Source: Eukaryota sp. TZLM1-RC (lineage: Eukaryota > Protista > Metamonada: BaSk clade). Taken from it: DNA of 64,000 nucleotides. The stretch spans positions 1,054,001-1,118,000 of the forward strand of contig JAUPSS010000006.1 of assembly GCA_040285825.1 (NCBI GenBank), in the 5' to 3' direction. The position numbers and the translations under genes are program-made. Shown piece after piece: positions 11,467 through 23,617 of this stretch (the stretch's first letter is position 1; each line of letters starts with the position of its first letter). The notes beneath the pieces are model-generated. The model searched no databases, was not told where the DNA came from, and saw nothing but the letters and a program-made list of their open reading frames with translations.

Positions 11467-14400
11467 TTTTTTCTCTATTTTTTTTCCTCTACATATAACC
11501 GTTTAACTTAAAACCTGGCTGAACCGAGATCATTGCTTCTATTCTTTCTTGTTGATGCCTGAATCAGTTTCTGATTCTAATGGAGTCAAAAGAAAGAACG
11601 ATAGTCAACAAGATGCTCAAGACGTCCTTTCCACCTCTCCTCCTCAACCTCTTCTCTCTTTATTTTTGGACAAAAAAAATTCTGATCAAGAATTTTTAGA
11701 CAATCACGATGAAAACAAAGTTTGTTCAAAAACAAAGCCACGCTCCTACAGATGCTCAAAGTGTCGACAACAGGGACATAATGCTCGAACATGCCCCAAT
11801 GTTGGAAAAAATGATGCGGCAAATTCTGAACCAAAATGTAAAAAGAAAAATTTATTAGAAGGAAAGAGTCTAAGGTAGAACCCATAAATAATGCTCCACA
11901 AATTGTTGCAAAACCAGTTTGCAACCGTTTAAAGCACAAAACTTGCAACACTTGTGGTATTTCTTTTAGAAAAAATGCAAAAGGAAAAACTTCTGACCGC
12001 TGCTTGAAATGCCGCATAGTTGATAACTACCATCCTCCTATAAGAATACCTCAAGAAATTCATCCGACCAAATGCAATGAATTTGCTTTCGTTTTTCAAA
12101 GATTTTTGGATCAATTATGTAAAGGAAAGTATGCTATCAATATTATTTGGGAATTTTTTGGTTCTTTTTGTCCTCCTTTTGAACAAAATTTTGTTAATAT
12201 TTCCGAAGATTTAACTAATATAGCACCGAGAAATCAGTCATCCGAGAAATTAAGTAAAATTTTTGAAGACAAATGCTTTGACAACAAATGGTCCAAGGCT
12301 TTGTCAGCTTTAAGTCCCGGAGTTAAAGCACCGAACAATGAAAATACAATAGATAAACTGAAAATACTTCATCCTTATGAAGACCCTATAATGGATCAAA
12401 ATTTTTACGGCACATACTGGGAAAATTATCCATTGATGCCATCAGAAGTTTTTTCGGTTATCAAAAAGAGACCTCGTGGTAAGTCTGCCGGACTTTCTGG
12501 TATTACTATTGATCATGTAAAAGCCGCGATTATTTCTTCAGAAGATTGCCTTGGTTTATTGACCAAATTTTTCAACCAAATATTATCTGGTCAACGCAAA
12601 TACCCAGAAGAATTAAGAAGTTCTCGTTTGACTGCACTTGTCAAAAATTCAAAAATGGATGTTCCTCCTATTGCAGTCTCTGAGAGCTTACACAATATTT
12701 TTTCTGCGTGTTGCTTAAGCAGGTTCAATGAAAAAGCTAAAAAGATTTTATTACCCTTTCAATATGGTATAAATACTACAGATGGAGTCTCTTCAGCGAT
12801 TTTTGCTACTGATGTCTTATTTCGTCAAAATGAATCCAATGTTTGCATGTCATTGGATTTTAGTAATGCTTTCAATTCACTAAGTCGTCGCAGTATCCAT
12901 GGTGCTCTATTGCAATATATGCCGGAATTAATACCATATTTTCAATCAACATATTGCACATATTCTAATTTACATTTTGGTAACAACATTTTGAGTTCAT
13001 CAAGTGGCGTAAAGCAAGGAGATCCGTTAGGACCTCTTTTGTTTTGTTTGGCCATTCATCCTATTCTACTGCAAATTCAAGAGATGTTTCCTTCACTAAA
13101 AATGATTGCATATATGGATGATGTTGTGCTTATTGGTGATTTAGATATTGTGAAAAAAGCAACTGTATGTTTTAAAGCATTATTTACCAAAATTGGTCTA
13201 GACTTGGCTTGGCCAAAACTAAAAATCCCGCTTTCGGTAATTTTTTAAAGGATATTCGTGATAGTTCAGCTGCTGCTTTAGTAACTCAAGTTCCCTCTGT
13301 TTATGGACTTTTGTTAAAAGACAATGAATGGCTTCTAAACATGCGTTTTCGTTGTTTTCTGTGGCCAAACAATTTGCCCAATCATTTAACTTGTAAATGT
13401 GGTAAACCTCTTTTGTTTACTCATCTTTTGAACTGTAAACATTTCATTACGTTTAGAAGCAAAGTGCATAATAACGTCAGGGACCAAATTTATGTAATGT
13501 GCAAATCATATCGTGTAGATTCCTTTTTAGAACCGCTGTTATCAAAATTAATTCTTGATGATCCCAATATTGATAGTATGCGTTACAACAGAGCTTCTAT
13601 GGGTCTGACTAGAGGTGATCTAGTTGTTCCTGGTTTAAATGGTAGTTTTACTATTTTTGGACGCCATGTCTATTGACCCTTGTAATTCCTCTAACGAACA
13701 TTTCATTAACTCGGATGTAAATAATCCTCTTCTTGCAGGCGAAAAATATAAAATTGCTAAATATGCGAAACCCATTTCCTCGGTTAATGAAAATTCTCAT
13801 GCCCAATATAATTTATGTCCATTTGTTTTTTCTTTGCTTGGATCTCTAGGTAAGGCTGCTATGGCTTTCCTTGAGGATTTTGTTGTAGTTGTAAAGGAAA
13901 GAACTGGAAGAATTTTCAATCGTGTTTACTGGCAAAACAGGATTGTATTTTCTATTTTTAAGGGAATGGTAACACTAATTTCTGATTCACTATCTTCTTT
14001 TTGGGAAATTTTCTGAATCTTTAGCGATTAATTGTTTTGATGTAGGGGAGGCAGGTTTTGAGGATGTGGAGTTTTAATTGTGTATTTCATATTTGTTGTT
14101 GAATAAAAAGTTTTAGTTAAAAAAAAAATTGGTCTCCGACTTAATTTACTTAAATGTGTTTTGTTATCGAATTCTCCAGTTTCCACAATAATTGATGATA
14201 TTGAAATTCAAGCCAAATTATATTCAATTGATGCTATTCGTCATTTGGGTTCGTTTTTAGGAAATAATGATGAAATTACCAAAAAATTGTTTGAAAAGTT
14301 GAACTCAATTTCTGACAAAATTGACCGAATGATGAATTTAGATATAAAAAAACACATCAAATTTACCATTATAAGACTGTGTTTTTAGTTCCAATTTTAA

Positions 14401-15753
14401 TCATATATTTCGATCTACAAATCCTCTCGTCACTAGACCTTTGGCTCAAAAGTTTAATGAGTTACGTGCAAAAAGTTCTGTCTCAATTACTGGGATGTAA
14501 AATGTGTCAAATTCCAGATCATGCTTACCTTAGTCCACATTATGGTGGTTTAGGGTGGACGAAGGCTTCTATTCTTACCTCGTGTGCTTTTTGTTGGTGG
14601 ATGCAGAAATGCAATCTTTGAGTTTTCCGAAAGATTTGCAGATTGGGAAGATTTATTGATGACAACGCAAAAGTTCCACTGTTTTTGCATTAAATGAAGA
14701 AATTTCAAGAATTGATGTAGAAAAATGGGGTCGATGTTTTTCCCCAATCATTCAATGGCAATATTCCAGAAAAAAATGTTTTAAATTTGAAGTACACTCT
14801 TCGAACATTACAGAAAAAGATTGACTGGAATGTATGAAAAGATCTTTATAATAATATTTGCAGCTCGGCTGTTTTAAATCAAGATCTTCACTCATTGTTA
14901 TTGGAAAAGGGTGTTTGTGAAAACAAGGCGTCAGATTCTTCACTTTTTGTAACCATTGTACCACGAAGATTTGGATTGTGTGCCACTAATGAAGCATTTG
15001 TAACAAAAATGAGATTATATTTGAACATCCCCATTAACCAATTATTATCAAAAGAAAAATGTATTTGTTCGAATTCACCTCAACTCACTTTGCGCCATGC
15101 TCTAAATTGCTCTAAATTGATAACTTATCGTTCTTCATTACATGATGCTGTTAGAGACACTGTTTTCAATATGGCACAAACTGCTAGGATATCGTGTATC
15201 AAAGAGCCCCTGCTGAAGGAAACACTTTCTCTGAATAATTTTGGTTCTGATGACAGAGGTGATGTATACTGTGATTGGATTGATAATTCTGAAGCTATTG
15301 TTGACTTTGTCTCATGTAATGTTGCAAACGATACTTTGGTTCACAGAAGAAAACTTAATCCTGTGGCTGCTCTGGATTTTAAAGCAAAAGAAAAACATAG
15401 AAAATATGATAAAGAAATTGAAGATGCAAATGTCGATAGAAATACACAGCTGGTTTTTATTGCTTTCCCATTTTCGATAAATGGAAGATTATCAGTTGAA
15501 GCAGAAACTTTTTTGGATGACTTCCAAAAAATGGTGAAAGAAAAAACAATGAAAAGATTTGATATTTTTTTATGGCGTTCACGGACTCAATTTGCCATTA
15601 TTAATAGATTACCGCGGTTTTTCAATCGAATTAGAGAAGCTTTAGCTAGACAGCAAGCAAATCAAGATTTTGTAGAGGAAATCTTGGTTTAATGATAGTC
15701 GTCCCATTAGTTATGATTTAATTTAATCAAGTGTGCAAATTCAATAAATACAA
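11467..15753 (+). mobile_element. Family D full-length element, copy 1 (about 3.35 kb), interrupted by a family E fragment
   Basis: Pyrimidine-rich 5' end; ATG at 11555 (MPESVSDS); CSKCRQQGHNARTC knuckle; RT; RGDVYCD RLE; stop at 15692; TSD GAATTCTCTAGA at 11455-11466 and 15754-15765. Confidence 0.93.
13200..14124 (+). mobile_element. Family E 5'-truncated copy inserted in D
   Basis: Nearly identical to the 3' 0.9 kb of 54383-57802; poly(A); TSD AAAATTGGTCT at 13189-13199 and 14125-14135. Confidence 0.92.
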
Positions 15754-16881
15754 GAATTCTCTAGAAGATATCCTTTTGCCGAAAATCTTCTTGAAACTAC
15801 AAATAGCTTATTCCTCGATAACTTAAGAGAAGAAATATCCAGTTTATCTCCCGACTTATGGCAATCATGTTTCCCCATATCCATTCAAGAAATTCCAGAC
15901 AGAAGTTTGTATTCATTAAAATTTGCGTTGACAAAGCTCCATCGACATCCTTTGAGAAAATTTGAAAGCAAGGATTTTATTGTTCGACTTAGCACGGCTA
16001 AGAAAGAAAATCCTGCTTTTGCAAATTTTTTGATTGATTTGAAGGACAATTCATCTGCAGTTTTGATAAATCAAATTCCCCAGATTTTTGGCCTATTTTT
16101 GAATGACGACCAATGGACCACTGCTATGAGAATGCGTTGTTATTTATGGCCTTGTAATTTGCCCAATGATTTGTTTTGCAAATTGTGGAGCTGGTTTAAC
16201 ATTATCACATTTATTTAATTGTAATAGATTTATTTCCTATCGTTCTACGTTGCATGATGCAGTCAGAGATCAAATCCATGCAATGTGTAATTCCTATCAT
16301 ATTGAATCTTTTGTAGAACCTTTGTTGAGGTCTCTTGATATAAATGAAAGCGTAAGAGATTCAGAATATGGAAAACGACGTGCTGATGTTGTTGTGCCCT
16401 CGTTTGATGATGTCATGAATGTTGTTGATGTCGTAACAGTGGATGTTTGCAAGAAAAATGCCTTGAAAAATGCTCAATCTGAAGTATCCCCCCTTGATGA
16501 CTCCGAATTGTACAAACGGAAAAAATATGCAAATCCTTTAAAAGAATTGAAACATGTTCGCCATGTAGATTACCAAATTTGCCCATTTGCTATATCGTTG
16601 TATGGTCGTCTTGGAAAAACTGCTATGAATTTTATTGATGATTTTGAAAATCTTGTGAAAAGAAGAATGAATAAGCGTTTTGATCGTCGCTTGTGGCTAA
16701 ATCGTATTGTTTTTACCATTTTCAAATCAATTCCTAAAATGATTTCGAAAGCTTTGATGTCTGTCAGTGCACATTACGAAGAAATTGCTGTTGTGTGGTT
16801 TGATGGTGTGGAAGCTTGTTTTGAAGATATTGACTTTTAGACTGTAGTTTAACAATAAATTAAAATTTTTCATTAACAAAA
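15754..16881 (+). mobile_element. Family B fragment (rest of the monomer after D copy 1)
   Basis: ORFs 15907-16218 and 16166-16840, ending EACFEDIDF*. Confidence 0.9.
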
Positions 16882-17189
16882 TACAATGAACCTTTGTCCA
16901 AATTGGCCAGTCTACAGCATGCAAAATACAATTTGTATCCATTTGTACTTTCCCTTTTTGGTTTACTTGCACGAACTGCTTTAGGTTTTTGGATGATTTT
17001 GAAATGATTGTAAAAAGGTGTTGGATTCAATTCATCAAAATATTTGACCAAAGCTGCATTTATTGGTGGTGGAAAAAATTTTGTATTTGAATTCTCTAGA
17101 TTTTTTCTCTATTTTTTTTTCCTCTACATATAACCGTTTAACTTAAAACCTGGCTGAACCGAGATCATTGCTTCTATTCTTTCTTGTTG

Positions 17190-20100
17190 ATGCCTGAATC
17201 AGTTTCTGATTCTAATGGAGTCAAAAGAAAGAACGATAGTCAACAAGATGCTCAAGACGTCCTTTCCACCTCTCCTCCTCAACCTCTTCTCTCTTCATTT
17301 TTGGACAAAAAAAATTCTGATCAAGAATTTTTAGACAATCACGATGAAAACAAAGTTTGTTCAAAAACAAAGCCACGCTCCTACAGATGCTCAAAGTGTC
17401 GACAACAGGGACATAATGCTCGAACATGCCCCAATGTTGGAAAAAATGATGCGGCAAATTCTGAACCAAAATGTAAAAGAAAATTTATTAGAAGGAAAGA
17501 GTCTAAGGTAGAACCCATAAATAATGCTCCACAAATTGTTGCAAAACCAGTTTGCAACCGTTTAAAGCACAAAACTTGCAACACTTGTGGTATTTCTTTT
17601 TAGAAAAAAATGCAAAAGGAAAAACTTCTGACCGCTGCTTGAAATGCCGCATAGTTGATAACTACCATCCTCCTATAAGAATACCTCAAGAAATTCATCC
17701 GACCAAATGCAATGAATTTGCTTTCGTTTTTCAAAGATTTTTGGATCAATTATGTAAAGGAAAGTATGCTATCAATATTATTTGGGAATTTTTTTGGTTC
17801 TTTTTGTCCTCCTTTTTGAACAAAATTTTGTTAATATTTCCGAAGATTTAACTAATATAGCACCGAGAAATCAGTCATCCGAGAAATTAAGTAAAATTTT
17901 TGAAGACAAATGCTTTGACAACAAATGGTCCAAGGCTTTGTCAGCTTTAAGTCCCGGAGTTAAAGCACCGAACAATGAAAATACAATAGATAAACTGAAA
18001 ATACTTCATCCTTATGAAGACCCTATAATGGATCAAAATTTTTACGGCACATACTGGGAAAATTATCCATTGATGCCATCAGAAGTTTTTTTCGGTTATC
18101 AAAAAGAGACCTCGTGGTAAGTCTGCCGGACTTTCTGGTATTACTATTGATCATGTAAAAGCCGCGATTATTTCTTCAGAAGATTGCCTTGGTTTATTGA
18201 CCAAATTTTTCAACCAAATATTATCTGGTCAACGCAAATACCCAGAAGAATTAAGAAGTTCTCGTTTGACTGCACTTGTCAAAAATTCAAAAATGGATGT
18301 TCGTCCTATTGCAGTCTCTGAGAGCTTACACAATATTTTTTCTGCGTGTTGCTTAAGCAGGTTCAATGAAAAAGCTAAAAAGATTTTATTACCCTTTCAA
18401 TATGGTATAAATACTACAGATGGAGTCTCTTCAGCGATTTTTGCTACTGATGTCTTATTTCGTCAAAATGAATCCAATGTTTGCATGTCATTGGATTTTA
18501 GTAATGCTTTCAATTCACTAAGTCGTCGCAGTATCCATGGTGCTCTATTGCAATATATGCCGGAATTAATACCATATTTTCAATCAACATATTGCACATA
18601 TTCTAATTTACATTTTGGTAACAACATTTTTGAGTTCATCAAGTGGCGTAAAGCAAGGAGATCCGTTAGGACCTCTTTTGTTTTGTTTGGCCATTCATCC
18701 TATTCTACTGCAAATTCAAGAGATGTTTCCTTCACTAAAAATGATTGCATATATGGATGATGTTGTGCTTATTGGTGATTTAGATATTGTGAAAAAAGCA
18801 ACTGTATGTTTTAAAGAATTATTTACCAAAATTGGTCTCCGACTTAATTTACTTAAATGTGTTTTTGTTATCGAATTCTCCAGTTTCCACAATAATTGAT
18901 GATATTGAAATTCAAGCCAAATTATATTCAATTGATGCTATTCGTCATTTGGGTTCGTTTTTAGGAAATAATGATGAAATTACCAAAAAATTGTTTGAAA
19001 AGTTGAACTCAATTTCTGACAAAATTGACCGAATGATGAATTTAGATATAAAAAAACACATCAAATTTACCATTATAAGACTGTGTTTTAGTTCCAATTT
19101 TAATCATATATTTCGATCTACAAATCCTCTCGTCACTAGACCTTTGGCTCAAAAGTTGAATGAGTTACGTGCAAAAGTTCTGTCTCAATTACTGGGATGT
19201 AAAATGTTTCAAATTCCAGATCATGCTTACCTTAGTCCACATTATGGTGGTTTAGGGTGAACGAAGGCTTCTATTCTTACCTCGGGTGCTTTTGTTGGTG
19301 GATGCAGAAATGCAATCTTTGAGTTTTCCGAAAGATTTGCAGATTGGGAAGATTTATTGATGACAACGCAAAGTTCCACTGTTTTTGCATTAAATGAAGA
19401 AATTTCAAGAATTGATGTAGAAAAATGGGGTCGATGTTTTCCCCAATCATTCAATGGCAATATTCCAGAAAAAAATGTTTTAAATTTGAAGTACACTCTT
19501 CGAACATTACAGAAAAGATTGACTGGAATGTATGAAAAAGATCTTTATAATAATATTTGCAGCTCGGCTGTTTTAAATCAAGATCTTCACTCATTGTTAT
19601 TGGAAAAGGGTGTTTGTGAAAACAAGGCGTCAGATTCTTCACTTTTTGCAACCATTGTACCACGAAGATTTGGATTGTGTGCCACTAATGAAGCATTTGT
19701 AACAAAAATGAGATTATATTTGAACATCCCCATTAACCAATTATTATCAAAAGAAAAATGTATTTGTTCGAATTCACCTCAACTCACTTTGCGCCATGCT
19801 CTAAATTGCTCTAAATTGATAACTTATCGTTCTTCATTACATGATGCTGTTAGAGACACTGTTTTCAATATGGCACAAACTGCTAGGATATCGTGTATCA
19901 AAGAGCCCCTGCTGAAGGAAACACTTTCTCTGAATAATTTTGGTTCTGATGATAGAGGTGATGTATACTGTGATTGGATTGATAATTCTGAAGCTATTGT
20001 TGACTTTGTCTCATGTAATGTTGCAAACGATACTTTGGTTCACAGAAGAAAAACTTAATCCTGTGGCTGCTCTGGATTTTTAAAGCAAAAGAAAAACATA

Positions 20101-20396
20101 GAAAATATGATAAAAGAAATTGAAGATGCAAATGTCGATAGAAATACACAGCTGGTTTTTATTGCTTTCCCATTTTCGATAAATGGAAGATTATCAGTTG
20201 AAGCAGAAACTTTTTTGGATGACTTCCAAAAAATGGTGAAAAGAAAAAAACAATGAAAAGATTTGATATTTTTTTATGGCGTTCACGGATTCAATTTGCC
20301 ATTATTAATAGATTACCGCGGTTTTTCAATCGAATTAGGGAAGCTTTAGCTAGACAGCAAGCAAATCAAGATTTTGTAGAGGAAATCTTGGTTTAA
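17190..20396 (+). CDS. Family D polyprotein (about 1065 aa: zinc knuckle, RT, CCHC, RLE), with homopolymer frameshifts and one TGG>TGA at about 19258
   Basis: Consecutive ORF pieces from 17184 to 20058 continue to ..FVEEILV*; motifs DVRPIAV, LDFSNAFNS, AYMDD, RHLGS. Confidence 0.85.
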
Positions 20397-20412
20397 TGAT
20401 AGTCGTCCCATA

Positions 20413-22407
20413 TTTTTTTTTTAAAAAAAATTAATTTTATTCTAAACCTATAAATCAACATCTAAAAAATCCATCTCTCCCAAAACAAAAACACTAGATG
20501 CAACTCTCTCATAGTGAGATCCAAGAGAAAGCAAAGCATCAGAAACCATCATCAACATCCCCTTAAAAATAGAAAACACAATTCTATTTTGCCAAAACAA
20601 TCTGTTGAAATTTCTGCCAGTTCTTCTCTTTACAATCATTTCAAAATCATCCAAAAAACGTAAAGCAGTTGGTGCAAGTGAACCAAAAAGGGAAAAATAC
20701 AAATGGATACAAATTGTATTTTTGCATGCTGTAGACTGGCCAATTTGGACAAAGGTTCATTGTATTTTTTTGAATTTAAAATTTTCAGCATTTGAAAGGG
20801 GATTATGAATTTCAGAATTAACAAGCCTTTCATTTGAGGCATTACAAGGATCAACAGACATTACATCCAATAAAATAAAGCTTCCATCTAATCCAGGTAA
20901 TATGACATCACCTCTATTATTCTTATGAAAATCATTTTCAGCATCAAACAGATTTGACAACAGAGGTTCCAAGAAGGATTCAATTCTATGAGATTTACAC
21001 ATACAATATAACTGGTCTCTTACAGCATCATGAACCTTGCTTCTAAAAAGTAATAAAATGTTTACAATTTAACAAATGAGTAGTTGTAATTTCTCGAGAA
21101 CATTTACAAATTAAATTATGAGGTAAATTATCAGGCCAGATAAAGGAACGAAATCTCATATTCAGAGTCCAAGCAGAATCGGATAAGAGAGTACCATATA
21201 CTTGCGGAATTGTTGTTACTAAGGCAGAAGAAGTACTGTCACACATATCTTGTAAAAGATTTGCAAAAGCGGGATTCTTTTTCTTGGCCAAGCCAAGTCT
21301 AACATCAAAATCCAAGCTTTCAAAAATCTTTGACAATTTTTGTTGAAGCTTTTTACAGCAAAACTGTAAATTAAATAGAGATCGGTTTGGAATTTCTTGA
21401 ATTGATTGAGGAAAGCATTTGGTCCAAATTTGTGGCGGTAATTTTTCAAGTTCACAAGATAACTTATACAAATAGGGACTACAATTGGGGACTAACAGAT
21501 GGGAATCATCAGGAAATCTACGAGAAAATTCATAAATAAAATTTTGCCACCACCCAAGAATGCTGATTGACACAAAATTGAAGATTTAGTAAATCCAATA
21601 CCCCCAAATTTGCTGAAGAAAAATAAATGGCTTTTCAACATTCCTGGTTCTACATCCAATAAATCAGCAAAAAAATTCTGTTCTCAATGAATTAAAAGAA
21701 CGACAAAAATCTAATGCTATGGAAGGAGCACAAGATCTCAAAATGTGGGTTATTCTCCCAGTGTAGCAAATTTTAAGCATAAAAAAATTTAATATGCTTT
21801 TCTATATCTAAAGAAGAAATTGAATCAAGTTCAATTTTCATTTTTTCCAAAATAACTTGCAATTCATTCTGAATTTGAGGCACATTTCTAACCAACAACC
21901 AAGGAACTTAAAAAGCATCACTACTATAATTAGTAAAAGGGACAATAGAATCGTTTATCACGAGGTCTTGAGCAGAAGAGCCAATCAGAAGGCATTTGCT
22001 GGCATTAAGATGAAGCCCAATATTTTCATATGAATCGGCAATTTCTTGAGCAACCAATTCTAGTAAATCAAATGAACCAATCAAGGATATATCATCCATA
22101 TAAGCAACTATTTTTATAGAAGGGTATTTTTGCTTAATGATATTTAAAGTTTTGTGAATAGCTAAACAATACAATAATGGGCCTAAAGGGTCACCTTGCT
22201 TCACACCAGAAGATGATTTAAGAGCAAATGAATTAAAAATTAAATCTGATTCTTTACCATAAAAATGGTAGAAAAAACTCGATAGCTCAGGAAAATCAGA
22301 TTTAATAACTTCAAAAATTGCTTCTCGCTTTACAGAATTAAAAGCATTTTTAAAGTCGAGATTAAAAATAAAATTATTTTCCTCTGCATTAAAAAAGGTA
22401 TCAGAAG
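20413..22407 (-). mobile_element. Family A 5'-truncated copy
   Basis: RT ORF 21908-22417 and RLE pieces; TSD GTCGTCCCATA at 20402-20412 and 22408-22418. Confidence 0.9.
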
Positions 22408-22463
22408 GTCGTCCCATAAGTTATGATTTAATTTAATCAAGTGTGCAAATTCAATAAATACAA

Positions 22464-23596
22464 GAATTCTCTAGAAGATATCCTTTTGCCGAAAATCTTC
22501 TTGAAACTGCAAATAGCTTATTCCTCGATAACTTAAGAGAAGAAATATCCAGTTTATCTCCCGACTTATGGCAATCATGTTTCCCCATATCCATTCAAGA
22601 AATTCCAGACAGAAGTTTGTATTCATTAAAATTTGCGTTGAAAAAGCTCCAACGACATCTTTTGAGAAAATTTGAAAGCAAGGATTTTATTGTTCGACTT
22701 AGCACGGCTAAGAAAGAAAATCCTGCTTTTGCAAATTTTTTGATTGATTTGAAGGACAATTCATCTGCAGTTTTGATAAATCAAATTCCCCAGATTTTTG
22801 GCCTATTTTTGAATGACGGCCAATGGACCACTGCTATGAGAATGCGTTGTTATTTATGGCCTTGTAATTTGCCCAATGATTTGTTTTGCAAATTGTGGAG
22901 CTGGTTTAACATTATCACATTTATTTAATTGTAATAGATTTATTTCCTATCGTTCTACGTTGCATGATGCAGTCAGAGATCAAATCCATGCAATGTGTAA
23001 TTCCTATCATATTGAATCTTTTGTAGAACCTTTGTTGAGGTCTCTTGATATAAATGAAAGCGTAAGAGATTCAGAATATGGAAAACGACGTGCTGATGTT
23101 GTTGTGCCCTCGTTTGATGATGTCATGAATGTTGTTGATGTCGTAACAGTGGATGTTTGCAAGAAAAATGCCTTGAAAAATGCTCAATCTGAAGTATCCC
23201 CCCTTGATGACTCCGAATTGTACAAACGGAAAAAATATGCAAATCCTTTAAAAGAATTGAAACATGTTCGCCATGTAGATTACCAAATTTGCCCATTTGC
23301 TATATCGTTGTATGGTCGTCTTGGAAAAACTGCTATGAATTTTTATTGATGATTTTTGAAAATCTTGTGAAAAAGAAGAATGAATAAGCGTTTTGATCGT
23401 CGCTTGTGGCTAAATCGTATTGTTTTTACTATTTTCAAATCAATTCCTAAAATGATTTCGAAAGCTTTGATGTCTGTCAGTGCACATTACGAAGAAATTG
23501 CTGTTGTGTGGTTTGATGGTGTGGAAGCTTGTTTTTGAAGATATTGACTTTTTAGACTGTAGTTTAACAATAAATTAAAATTTTTCATTAAAAAAA
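22464..23596 (+). mobile_element. Family B fragment (rest of the monomer after D copy 2)
   Basis: ORFs 22617-22928 and 22876-23349; shares the LKDNSS variant with 15754-16881. Confidence 0.9.
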
Positions 23597-23617
23597 TACA
23601 ATGAACCTTTGGATTTT

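Larger units (their letters stand above)
17101..22463 (+). mobile_element. Family D full-length element, copy 2; 3' UTR interrupted by A(-)
   Basis: Same site and TSD as copy 1 (GAATTCTCTAGA at 17089-17100 and 22464-22475). Confidence 0.93.

Noticed and set aside
12004-14077. Functional D-RT/E-endonuclease hybrid protein
   Set aside because: The junction at 13200 is out of frame, and the RT thumb region would be missing
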